A stretch of 63,447 bases of DNA, the filler included, from Collodictyon triciliatum (lineage: Eukaryota): the NCBI GenBank assembly GCA_043381765.1. It is 8 parts of 8 records of this genome, joined end to end, with 100 filler letters (N's around TTAATTAATTAA, not from the genome) between each part and the next. Parts side by side here need not be neighbours in the genome. Positions count along the whole stretch, not along the records: positions 8,321 to 17,815 come from JBHJMP010000583.1; positions 17,916 to 24,853 come from JBHJMP010000584.1; positions 24,954 to 32,824 come from JBHJMP010000585.1; 5 more parts are not named here. The stretch is one strand, 5' to 3'. Positions within the stretch are counted from its first letter, which is position 1, and each line of letters begins with the position of its first letter. Positions 13,223 to 32,324 of this stretch are shown here, one piece after another. Below the pieces are notes generated by a model, which was not told where the DNA came from, made no database searches, and was given only the letters and a program-made list of their open reading frames with translations. The translations under genes were made by a program, and so were the position numbers.

Positions 13223-13309
13223 TGAACAGCATAAGACAAAATAAAATCTCTTTTTTTTTTTCTTTTTTTCTTCTTTCCTTCTCTTTTAAAAAAAATATAT
13301 ATTTGGCGC

Positions 13310-15635
13310 TCAATCCACTTGGCAGGGGCGAAACTCTCGTGCATGCTCTTCGCACATCCACCTCACAGAGCCAGTCTTCATGCGTACAGGCACAAGACCC
13401 GCCCATGTGTCTGCATGGTCATGTTTCTTCAAAAAGTTCTTCAACTGTCTGTTCTGAACTTCAGAGGCGTGTTGGATGTCTTCGCGCGAACCAATCTGAA
13501 ACATTTTTTTATACTCGGAGACAGCATCGTTAGCTTCCTTGTGGATGTAAGACGTCAGGTTGCCAACAGCCATGCTTGCAATGCCGAAGGAACCAGGAAG
13601 AACTGATGAGATGGCGCCCGAGACAAAACCAACCGCGATGTGATCGAACGCCTTCTGCAAGGTACTGTCATATGTCTGGAAAAACTTTGTGGGCTCCTTG
13701 ATTTCATAGCCTTTGTCTCCAGCGATAAAGTGCGCGCCAGAAGGTGAATCGCACAATAGTTGAAGGCGATACGTTGTAACGAACCAGTTTTGCCTAAGAG
13801 GATAGACAATGAATACGCTTGGACACGGTGGCTCGGTTGTAGTTCTTTGGCGTATACCCGACACGTTGCTTCTCATCGTGGAAAAGAAAGTACCCTTTTT
13901 CAAGTCATCCGTCACAATCATGTGGTGATTACAGCAAAGGACTTCGGTGTCTTTAGTTTCTAGGATCGTTTGCTTCCAGAGGTGCGTGCTTGTGTGCTCC
14001 AGGGCGAGGCACATAGGACATGGGACCCAATCTTCAGGAGGTAGAGTATTCATTTGCTTTGCTATGATGGCTTCTAACAGCTTGAGTGCAAAAACGATGT
14101 TCTGATTTGGTCGAAAACAGCGTATGGTGACATCAGCATACTTTTCGTAGTAGTTAAAAACCAAACGAGCGTGATAATCAAGGCCAGATGATAGACTCTT
14201 TGTTTCTGTGGCGATGTTGAAATAAAAACAGCACTGCGAGTCTGTGTAAAACCCACGATTCTCTCGACCTTTATCTGCCTTTTTATAGCAAAACTCTTGG
14301 ACCTTTGACACAATCAGGCTGTACACTTGCTTGTTTATCTGGTTAGGGGAGCAGTATCGCTTGGTAAATTCGGCTGTGCAGATGGGACTTGGGAATTCAG
14401 ACCAAACTTCCTCGGGCAATTGTCCCTTTTTCAGCATAACTGGGAATGTGGCCCATACATTGTTATGGGAAAAGGATATCTGATACGCCACACAGCATTC
14501 CCATAGGTAGCATGCAAGTTCTTTGGGACTATCCAATGAGAGCTCCTTTCTGAGAATCCCTTCAAAGTCCTCTCGGTTCAAGACCGGGCAGCAGGTCATC
14601 TCCTTTCTCACAGAAAATATGGCCAATATCGCCCGGACGATAAAGTTTGGGTTCAGAGCAACGGTAAGTCGTAGCTTTGGGTATGATGAGTGCCATATAA
14701 TAAAACCTTGGTCTCTAAAAAGAGAGAGAGCTCTCTCGATATTGTATTCATCCATGAGATAGTTTTGTTCTCCAATCAGCAATAATGACCCCAAAGAATA
14801 TATTTGTTGCTGCAAAATCTCTCTCGCCTTTGTAATTTCCTCCAAGAGTCTTGCATAATAGCCTGGTATAGTGAGCTTTACATCCGGAGAGTCTCTTATA
14901 CATTCGTATATAGCCTTTTTTAGTTCAGGAATGCATTCTCCTGTGGTGTTGCTTACAGATATATCTTTTCGGTAAATGAGGAAGTAACCATTGTATTCTT
15001 CATAAAGCTGGTCCAGGTATGAACGAAACGTGGAAAGCAAAACGGGGGCGTGAGGAGAATCCGCATGAGTCCCTACAATAATAACACGACTGTTGCGAAT
15101 GAAGGTATTGATCAGTTGCAACCAATCTCGAAGTCTGCTAGCTGCGGGGCCTGATTCGATATTGTAGACCAATACTATGATGGAATTAGAGGAGGAAAAA
15201 AAAGGATATGTTACTTGAAGCTCATCAGCGCCATTAAGGTCCCATATATTTGCAACAATCTCGTGGTCACCAAACTCTTTGAAGTTTATGAGAGTTTGAG
15301 CCAGAGACGATTTTTCAAATGCAGGAGTTCCAAAAAACAGCCGAGACATGAATCCTCTGTGGGAGTGTTTAAGTGAGTTCCACAATAGGGTTTTGCCACA
15401 CTTTGATTCCCCCATGAATATAACGCGGGATTGGCCCCACCCAACTTCTCCCTCCAGCGAGCTCCGGAGACTTCTTTTAAGCTCTTGGATATTGCTTGGG
15501 TACCTATTTTCAACACAAACGAGATTTCCAGACATGTTGATGCTCTCTAGGGAGTCCAAATATCCAATCGAGTAAGGTAGTTCCAAAATCTATGAGAATC
15601 CTCAATCAGCAAATCTTGAAAAAGAAAAAAAAAGG

Positions 15636-15703
<68 letters not shown>

Positions 15704-17650
15704 NNNNNNNNNNNNNNNNNNNNNNNNNNNNNNNNNNNNNNNNNNNNNNNNNNNNNNNNNNNNNNNNNNNNNNNNNNNNNNNNNNNNNNNNNNNNNNNNN
15801 NNNGAAAAAGGTACAGAAAAAGGTACAGAAAAAGGTACAGAAAAAGGTACAGAAAAAGGTACAGAAAAAGGTACAGAAAAAGGTACAGAAAAAGGTACAG
15901 AAAAAGGTACAGAAAAAGATACAGATAAAAGACAAGAAGAATTTTGAATTGGTAATGAGAGGGATAAAATAAAATACCTATACTATGTTATCATACCCCG
16001 CTGATATTATTATTATTAAAAATTAAATTAACTAACGTAATTATGCTCAAAGTCAAATCGCCTCAGAGAAATCAACATCTTGATTTCTGATGGTATAATG
16101 CTGATCTATGGGCCATACATGAGAAGAGTTGATTATCAAATGTTTTATTGTAATAGTTCATCTACAAATGTTCCACAAATACTCTTACTTTGTTATAGCC
16201 CATGTAGAGCTCTTGTAGATTCACAAGTCTACTAATTTGTGTTGGAAAGATCGATATCTAAATAAAAAGAAAAGAAAAAGGGACGATAAATATTAATCCA
16301 TTATTTGAATCGGGTTTAAGAGATTTTTGAATGAATGAATCCCCTATTTAACTTTACAATAATATCAACATATTTATGATATTGAAGAGGGATTTAGTGC
16401 ATCACTTACTTTATTATGAGATAAATCGAGAATCCTTAACGACACCAGACAAGATACAGATTTTGGAATCGCAGATATCTAGATTTTATTCATTAATTCC
16501 TACCATAAATATGTAAATTATTTTTTTTATTTTCCTTAACTTGATTATGGGCCATCTCTAGTGATATAAGTGTTTTTAACTGTAGTAACTGCGATGGAAT
16601 AATTGAAATCTTGAAGATATATAATGTTAGTAATGAATAAAAATTCAATTGTGATTAATCGATATATATACTTGATATTAAGAATATATCGATATTCTTA
16701 ATCAAATAAATATATGAAATTGTCTTCAAAACTTTTATTTCAGTTTGAATGAGCTGATTCTTTCCTTTATTCGATTCAGATTTTGGGGGAATAATTTAGA
16801 ACAAAATATGTTGATAATAAAAACAAGCAAGCTAAATTTTGCCATTAATAATTAGGCACCATTACAGACCTGACACACCCCAACATTCAACCTTTCAAGA
16901 GTAGAGAGAAGAAGAATAACCTCGGGGACTTCCTTGAGCTATTTACAACACATAGTCTCAAAGTTTGAAAATACTACTGGAACTATGAGAATTGGACAGA
17001 ATACAACGGTGGAAATCTTACTGGGTTCATCCATACATCCAGAACTTTGAGGGATGCTATCAATGACAATTCTACAGGGAGATTGGACAGCTGCATAGTA
17101 GAGGGCATATGGGTATCATAGGGTCTGTATAAAGTGATATACACCACTACATCCACAGAATAACAATTGAATGAAAAAAATATGGGTATGTAATTTGGCA
17201 CTGTTGACCTTATTGCTTCGAATACTGAGGGAGACCATATTTGACAGCATGGAAACGCTTGAAGGGAGTTCGTTGATCTATCAAGCAGTTAAAGTGAGTT
17301 ATGATTTAGGATATGGTGAATCAAGGAATCTATCAACATGCAATTATATTGGTTTTTTTAAAAGATAAAGATAAAGATGAAAATGAAGCAAATACATAAA
17401 TAAGATGACCATTTACATGGTTGTAACTCAAATTAAGTTCATTCAGCTTCCTGAGTAGAAACATATCTGTCGGAATCTGATCGATATCCTTATTTCTCAA
17501 ATCAATACTCCTAGCCTCTTGAACCATCTGGTCATCGCTAAATATTTCTGTGGATCCAACTGGGGACGGTTTCCACCAAAGGGTGTTGCGAATACATTCG
17601 GGCGGGCTTGGTTCATCAGGTGAGGGTTCTCGTGCATCTTGAGAATTCAT
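13310..17650 (-). CDS. Roco protein (LRR-Roc GTPase-COR plus C-terminal Cys/His region, no kinase), about 998 aa, 9 exons
   Basis: Exon 1 17650-17417, seven 69-nt LRR exons, last exon 15589-13310. Roc motifs GESKCGKT (P-loop), IWDLNG, IVLVYN, WL..I, IVGTHAD and VSNTTGECIPEL; COR-like AL.LFRDQGFII and LNPNF. Confidence 0.9.
15804..15925. repeat. 12-bp minisatellite (GAAAAAGGTACA)n in a Roco intron
   Basis: Directly visible tandem units. Confidence 0.9.
16761..16778 (-). mobile_element. Shortened micro-element copy in a Roco intron
   Basis: TTTCCTTTATTCGATTCA: lacks the terminal AAG and has no convincing flanking duplication. Confidence 0.45.
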
Positions 17651-17716
17651 TCTGTGGATCCGCAGATTTTTTTATCAAAATATTTACCGTAAATTCATGA
17701 TGTTTTGAGGAGGGAG

Positions 17717-17815
<99 letters not shown>

Positions 17816-18136
17816 NNNNNNNNNNNNNNNNNNNNNNNNNNNNNNNNNNNNNNNNNNNNTTAATTAATTAANNNNNNNNNNNNNNNNNNNNNNNNNNNNN
17901 NNNNNNNNNNNNNNNAACACAATAAAAAACACAATAAAAAACACAATAAAAAACACAATAAAAAACACAATAAAAAACACAATAAAAAACACAATAAAAA
18001 ACACAATAAAAAACGCGAAGAAAAAACACGAAGAAAACTCACACTAAACATCCAGAAGTTTGATAAAATACGCGAACAATAAAATACATATCCACGAACA
18101 ACAGAGGCCAAACAAATCTCTGGTGGACCAAAAAAA

Positions 18137-24690
<6,554 letters not shown>

Positions 24691-24776
24691 GTACACTATT
24701 TTTGTTTCTGTTTCTTTGTTTTTGTTTTTTGTTTTTTGTTTTTTGTTTTTGTTTTTGTTTTTTGTTTTTTGTTTTT

Positions 24777-24853
<77 letters not shown>

Positions 24854-25942
24854 NNNNNNNNNNNNNNNNNNNNNNNNNNNNNNNNNNNNNNNNNNNNTTA
24901 ATTAATTAANNNNNNNNNNNNNNNNNNNNNNNNNNNNNNNNNNNNNNNNNNNNACAAACAAACAAACAAACAAACAAACAAACAAACAAACAAACAAACA
25001 AACAAACAAACAAACAAACAAACAAACAAACAAACAAACAAACAAACAAACAAACAAAAACAAAATAACACAACATGAAATAACATAAAATTAAATAAAT
25101 AAGTAAACCAAAATAAATAAATAAATCATCCTGTTAGTGAAAAGCAATCACGTATACACTAACGGCACAGGAGTGCGAGAATGAGAAATCGAGCGACATC
25201 ATTTATCAGTCAGTTTTAAATAAACACTGAACGCCAACCTGATCGATCCTCTGCTCATACACAGCCAAGCGTCCCTGGGCAACATGCACTCTTCCTTTGG
25301 CCTCCTGCTCCATCACCCCGAGTGCTGTCCGGTGCTTTGGTGCTTTCTGGCGGAGTAGTCATGGTTTGCGCTCAGCAAGCAAAGAAGAGTAAAGACGAAC
25401 GACAAGAAGAAGAAAAAAGGTGCTGGAAGAAAAAGTCAAGAACAGCGGACACCGTTCATGTTGTTTTGGGAACCTCTTCGAAGCTGTTTTTGAAGGGTTT
25501 CTTTATCGCGCGGATGTTCGGAGATCAAAAAAAAAAAATATTGATGACAGCAAAACCGTCGGAGTCCACAACAAAAAGTGGGATTTATCGAAGCAGCCGT
25601 GGGAAGGAAATGAAGAAAATGAAAAAAGAATAGGAAAAAAAAAAAGAGTCAGGAGTGTACGTTCAGTTGTCCATGTATTGCGACTGAGACAAAGAAAATA
25701 TGCGTCAACTCAATCAATGCTTAAGGGAGTCACAACGATTGCTCGAGGAGCGTGTAAAAGCGGTTGGGGTGTTAATAATGGGTGCGAATCCTTGCTTGAC
25801 CCATGTAGAGAGACGGAAGGTCGGTTCTTTGCGTCTGTGGCGAGTGAAGGCGGATGCGCATTGATGCAAAGTGTGCATTGCTTCATTTTGTTATTCATTA
25901 TGGCTCTTTCCTTTCTCTTTTTAAGCTCTGCGGTTGGACGGC

Positions 25943-26951
25943 TCATGCGCTTTGAAAGGGTTTGGGAACGAGCATGATAACTAAATGCATAACTAATGTG
26001 AGTAGAATTGTTGAAATCGTGATGGAAATAATAAGAGAAGGGAAACGACGAAAGAAAAAATGTTTAGAGAATATAATAATGGTATTTTGATGAGGAAGAA
26101 CAATGAAAGGGTTTGTTGGTGGCAGATCATGCTGCGGTAACAGCAATATAGATATAGTATTCTTGGGGTGTAAGTGGTAATACAAAAATATGTGAAATGG
26201 AGAGGGAACCAGAGATATTATCGGTGCTTTGCTTTGAAAACGAGTCCTTTACGAGCTCGTCACACGCTTTGAATAATGTTTCTAAGAGTTGTTCACGAAT
26301 GAGTGAGAATAGTACCCAAAGCTATGCTAAAGATGACACAATCAGATAGAGTAAATCAAAGTGGTAGATTATGGGCAACCTTGAGTAGAGCTTCCATCTA
26401 ATTGGCCCAAGGAGGACGAGCCTAGCATCGAAGCCGTAGTATCTTGGACTTTATCCCACAAACCATCCGTCGCCATCAAGATAAACTCGTCAGACTGAAG
26501 AGAGGTTGTTTTCAAAAAAAAATTATTTTTTTTTACTGGGATGGATAATTTCTCAACTGACATCGAAAGACATGAAATGTCTTGAAGCAAATTGGATGTT
26601 TTTAATCAAATAATATTTAAAAGTAATGAGAGAAATATATCAGACAGGACTTTCTCGTACTTCATGAAGGAGGCGGGCGTGGATGTGAGGCTCTGGGATG
26701 ACCAAGTCATGGTGGGATGTGCCAAATGCCCTGGATACAGATATCTCGCCACTTACACGCGGCACACTCCCAGGGACTTATAGGAACAAGAATGTATATG
26801 CGTCCAAATGAGTTTAAAAAAGTAAAAAAAAAATAAAAAAAAAAATACAAGCACGAGTGCCTCGTAATATTTTTGGTTTCGTGAAATGGGATATTTTTAT
26901 AAACGATATACGGTCAAAAATACTAATTAAGAGTCAGTAAACGAGTATTTA

Positions 26952-27026
<75 letters not shown>

Positions 27027-27143
27027 NNNNNNNNNNNNNNNNNNNNNNNNNNNNNNNNNNNNNNNNNNNNNNNNNNNNNNNNNNNNNNNNNNNNNNNNNN
27101 NNNNNNNNNNNNNNNNNNNNNNNNNNTTATTATTAATTAATTA

Positions 27144-27203
<60 letters not shown>

Positions 27204-28855
27204 TACTTTGAATGAAATGAAATGAAATGAAATGAAACCTGTGCTTACAGAACCACCATTCTTTTCAATTCGACTGTAATGAGTGGAATATATGATGTAT
27301 TGAGTACAGTAAGAATGAAATATCAGTATATATGAATTATGTTGATAAACTGTTGCAAGTGATTTTTGTAATGAAACATGAGGATTTGATGTGTTTGATC
27401 TCTTTTTTTTAAAACTCGTATACTCAAACATTGGACTTAAGGGAATAGATGCAGAGACTTGATGAGCAAAAATATGAGTATGAAAAAAAGAAGAAAACAA
27501 TGAGGATGAGTTGATTCATTTAACAAACGATTGTTCGCTCGAATCTCCGGGTTTATGGTCCTTGGAAAGTCTGAATGGGTAGCGTTCCTCGCGCCTCCTC
27601 ATGATTGCTCGGGTATCCCCTGCGTTGGCTATCATTAGCACCCGTTTATTGCGGTAAATGACCAAGCCAGTGGAGCCGCCATCGTTCAAGGTCTTATTGA
27701 CCTGCTCTTGTACCCTCCAGAAAGTGCGACGAAGTGCAAGGCCATAAAGAGTGATTTGAAGAGGCGCAGAGTTAACATGGGGAACGTGGAGCTCATCTTG
27801 CTCCACCAATATTTCTGAGTCGATATTTGTGACATAGAATGTATCCCGCTCTCCCTGGTGTGGGCTGTTTGGGTTGCGCGAAATGTTTGACGATAGAATG
27901 GATTTTTTTTCTCCCAAGGCAAAGTAGTGGCGGCCGATGATTTGGTGGTCGCGGGAGATGGTCTCTGATATGTTTGACCTGATTGACAACTTCGGCATTC
28001 CGCCGTGGAAGGGGCTGTGAGATAAAGACGAGTGGTGTGAGGAAGACAGCAAACTGTTGTGGAACGGAGACAAGTGACTGTGTGACCCAGCCATATCGCC
28101 TGTCTTTGATGGCAGAGACCGGATGGATATGGACGGAGATCGGGGTGCAGAATCGTCCACATGAATCGAAACGGGGTTGCGTATATTCGAAGGACGCGAT
28201 GGTGACTGTGATGGACTTGCTGATTTTGAAGGCTTCTTGGGACTTGTGTCCTCAATCCCTTCAAAATCATGCCCCATTATTCCAAAGTTACTGGAATCGT
28301 CGTCTTCGTCTTCGTCTTCGTCACCTGCTGTGCTTGCGGTATCGGAGGTGTTTCCATCCAGATTCTGGCTGTGAAGCCTGTTGTACTCTGCCTCGGCTGC
28401 CCTGAGTTCTTCGTCCAGTATGATTGGAAAGCGTTCCGATGCCATTTTTGCAACATCGATGCCACGATATCCATCGAAGACGCCAATCAAGTCCTCATCT
28501 GGGTTGTTGCGGTAATGGCCGATAACCATTATAACATCTTCCATGTTACCTCGCCGCCCCTGCGTCTGAGAAAATCCCACATGGAAAGCGGCACTTTCGG
28601 TCCACTTAAAGTCCTGTGTGATACCATATGAATTTTGGTTAAATGCTAGCGATACTTTGGTGTAAAGGGAGAAGGAATACTTCGTTAGGTGAGGGTTGAA
28701 GCACTAGTGAATGTGGCAGGGTAAAGATTTTTCTTATCTTCTTTTTTTCAACTATTTATTGGAGCTAGTGATGTGGATGGTTTGGAATATATGCTCCGGA
28801 TTGGTGGATGTGAAAGGATTACTTTGCGATCCAGAATGGTGCACTTCTCAGCCAT
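25943..28855 (-). CDS. PP2C/PPM-family protein phosphatase, 7 exons, with a long low-complexity insert
   Basis: MAEKCTILDRK|DFKW..GFSQTQGRRGNMED..GVFDGYRG..GGSTG..ANAGDTRA..LSKDHKP..RIEKNGG..RVSGEISVSRAFG..PEPHI..DEFILMATDGLWD..STDNISVIML..SA*. Frames are consistent across GT-AG introns. Confidence 0.9.
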
Positions 28856-29325
28856 TTACGTGAGCTAAATTATGAATTGGAATGAGTTATTGAGTGATGA
28901 AATGCTACATTGAGCAAAGTGATCACAATAACACCGACAAATAGGCTATGAGGCCATGCGTCAACTTTGAAGTAAATATTGAGGGGATATGAATATATGA
29001 TATATATGCAAGGAAAAATGAAAAGTGCATATATATTCCGGTGTAAACTGCGCAAATGGAAATACTGCTGATAACTCGTTTGCAATATAGCCCACGAAGG
29101 AGAACAAAGCGTCCATGTTACATACCCACCGTGTGTTTGTATTCTGTGTTGTGTTTTGGCAGAGATTAATGTATGCGAGTGGCTTTCAAGTGCAGAAATC
29201 GTGATCTACTTCGAAAAGGAATGTCAGTCCGGGATATGTAAACCATCATTAAAAATATGCTGACGAGACTTTGCTGCATTTTTGCTTTTATTTACGTATA
29301 GTCAAGAATACTACATTTCTGCCAC

Positions 29326-29388
<63 letters not shown>

Positions 29389-30609
29389 GAAAGAAATGGA
29401 ACACATGGACGTGCCGATCACACTCGATTAACAAGTCATGTAAATTGGAAGAAAAGGGAGTTGTCTACTAACATCTACTGCGAATCCTTGCTCGGGTATA
29501 TGACCTGAAATAACGGCACCGGTGTTTTGTATTTTGACTTTATTCCGGCTCCTAGCGATTTCCCTCTAGGTTTGATTCACAGTCAGGCTTTAGTATCAGC
29601 TGTTTGTTTTAATTATCTGTCAATGGTGGGTGTGAGCTTCAGCCTTACAAAATAGACTCAATCAACTCTGAAGCGTAGAAGGAAACCACTCCTGTTTATA
29701 TGAATGAAGTGGCTTTACTTGTGATGCCTACAGTGCCCTGTGGCCTTGTTCCTGTACACCCGGCTCTACAAATGGCACTGACTCACTTGGGTGCGTTCTG
29801 TTTGCTAGTCTTATTCTTTAACTCTTTTATTCTGCGTGTGTCCTCCTTTCCTTTGGAATGAGTTGGCAAGCGTGTTGATACAAACAAGACTGGACACGTC
29901 GTCACAATTAGGAAAATGAGAAATCAAACGATGCATAGACTTGGCCACGGTTTAAACCAACCCACAAGAAAAAGAAACATTTTAATTCAAAAAAAAAAAA
30001 CTCAAAACCAAAAGACTCTGCAGAAGAGGAGAAGAAAAACAGGGAAAAGTAAAAGAGGCAAAGTCTATACAGAAGAATCGAAGAGAATGCCAATCACCAA
30101 AAACCTCGTGGCGCTGGTGTTCCTTTCAACAAGCGAAGCGAGAACCTCCGGTGGCGATGTTGCATTCATGTGAGTTGCTGTCATTGGCTTTGGTTCTTGC
30201 TAGTGTGCAGATAACAAACTCATAATAGTTACAGAAATTGAATGTCACATACAAATGTCTCATTAAGGATATTGTGCAGAGGATTAACCAAATTATATAT
30301 GGAATTTATATATATATTAATATATTTTATATATTATTGTTATTTTATTATATTTATATTAGATTGTATATACATTATACCAAAATTATTAATTTTATTG
30401 ACATCCAGTTTTCTCTCTACGATATATCATGTCTTGCACCCTTTCCTCATCTCTGGAATGAATGCGACAATATCATGTACAATATTAGATTATTTCTCTG
30501 AATTTTCAAAAAATACATAAAATCGGATGTCAAAATCACAGAACTAGGATGAGAGCAAGAAAAAAAAGCAGAAAAATTATGAAAAAGGAAAAAAAACAAA
30601 CAAGTCACA

Positions 30610-30712
30610 AAACACAGAGCAGCATTTTTTTTTTCCTTTATTCGATTCAAAGCAAACACAGAACAGCATTTTTTTTTTCCTTTATTCGATTCAAAGCAAA
30701 CACAGAACAGCA
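30610..30712 (-). mobile_element. Two tandem micro-element copies separated and flanked by three copies of a 15-bp sequence
   Basis: AAACACAGA(G/A)CAGCA at 30610-24, 30654-68 and 30698-712; T10-CCTTTATTCGATTCAAAG at 30625-52 and 30669-96 (44-bp period). Confidence 0.75.
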
Positions 30713-30819
30713 TAAAACAAGACCGAAGGGCGATGCACGCAACCAAGACAGCGGAAAGGCCCGGCCTGGGGTTACCCACCCGCACCAAACATTACTTATT
30801 TTTCTCGGCCTTTTGGCAG

Positions 30820-31251
30820 ATGATGAACTCCCAGAGATCAAGCTCGTCGCGCTCGTCGGGGTATTCCAACCCTCCCAACTCTTCACTCGATGCCCCAACC
30901 ATGGAGTTGGCCCGACGCGAGGTGAACAAGTTGCAGAGCGCTGACTTGATGGAGCTCCGAGCACTCAGGGTTCCTCCCCCACCCGTGGCCCAGGTTATGG
31001 AGGCCGTGTGTATCCTGCTCGGAGCCGAGCCAACATGGGTCAGTTCTAAGGCGCTGTTAGGCGAGCCAAACTTCAAGAGTAGCCTCCTGGCGTATGATGT
31101 TGCTAGGGTCTCTCCGAGTATGATTGCTAAGCTGCAAAAGTTCATCGACGACCCGAATCTTACGGCCAAAGCAGTTGGCTCGTGGTCATTGACGGGGCGA
31201 ACACTGGCTGTGTGGGTGCGTGCTGTTTTTAGCGAAGCCCAGGACCTCTGA
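30820..31251 (+). CDS. Small protein consisting essentially of a dynein heavy-chain microtubule-binding domain (143 aa; alternative in-frame start at 30733)
   Basis: ARREVNKLQSADLMELRALRVPPPPVAQVMEAVCILLGAEPTWVSSKALLGEPNFKSSLLAYDVARVSPSMIAKLQKFIDDPNL...LAVWVRAV matches the dynein stalk-tip pattern. Stop TGA at 31249-51. Confidence 0.85.
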   Translation: MMNSQRSSSSRSSGYSNPPNSSLDAPTMELARREVNKLQSADLMELRALRVPPPPVAQVMEAVCILLGAEPTWVSSKALLGEPNFKSSLLAYDVARVSPSMIAKLQKFIDDPNLTAKAVGSWSLTGRTLAVWVRAVFSEAQDL

Positions 31252-32324
31252 GTTGGGTAGCTTTATCTTCGACACATCTGGGCCAACAAGATATTCCTAA
31301 TCACCCCCTATGCACCGTGCTGTAGCGCTGATAAAATATAAAAAAAAAATGACCAAGATTAGATGTCGGTGGGGGACTATTGTCTATTTTTCTTTTGCCC
31401 TAACAAAACTGTTGGTATTTCGGCTATTGTACCAAAAAAAAAAAAACTTATCTATTTCCTCAGGGGATGTAGGTAGAATTTCTTTGCCTGTCACGGCGCG
31501 TTTGAGGCGGTGATGCTTGGAGGGAGCGCCTCCAGCCGAGAAAATTGGAGTTAAGGCTCTCCCAAGAAAAATAATAAATAATATGGTTTGGTTCCCTAAT
31601 ATAAACCCAGAGGATTACCAGGCTGGCGTTCCCGTGCAGCTCCTCGTCCTAAAAGTGCATAGCATTCTCGGGCTGACCCGCCATATTGTGCAAGATGATT
31701 CGTGGTTCTCTCAACATTAATACTATGGCAAAATGCTTTTCTTCTCATGTCATCTCGAGTGCCATTTGGAAATACTTCCACAAATCCCTGTAGTGCGACG
31801 ATTGGCCAATACACCACGACAAAATACTGATTATTGATGCAGCCTGGGCTGGCACCGAACCACTGCATTTAGAGCACAGCACGCCTTGTGGGACGAAAGC
31901 AGAGAAAGTCATGCGACCATTACCGGAATTTAGTGAGAATTTTACGCAGCATCCACTATGTGCTTACTATTCAGTACATATTGATATAATTACATAATAT
32001 TATATTTTTATCTTATTAAATTAGTATATGTAGCTATTTGATTTGAGCATGATGACTAACTGTAGCAATTTGTATTATTTCCAGAAAAGAATTTGTTCAG
32101 GTGGAGCCTTTAAAGCAGGATGTTGCCACTAACTCCGATCTGCCACATCACGCAGCCGTTGCATCGGCGCCTGTGTATCGATATTCGCAACAAAGAGACT
32201 AACAAGAGAACATAGAACGTTTTCGCTGCCTCCTTTGCCCCATTTTTCCTTTTCTCCTCCTTTGTCTCATCTCTTCTTTTTTTTTCTTTTCCTTCCTCCC
32301 AGTAATATAAACATCTACACAGGA

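Noticed and set aside
30610-30712. CRISPR-like repeat-spacer appearance
   Set aside because: Only two units with near-identical 'spacers', no cas genes, and a eukaryotic context.
31517-31960. Mid-GC stretch with short ORFs between the two MTBD genes (similar stretches at 29400-29900 and 54700-55350)
   Set aside because: No recognisable protein motif, terminal repeat or RNA structure. It could be a decayed element, but the sequence alone does not support a call.
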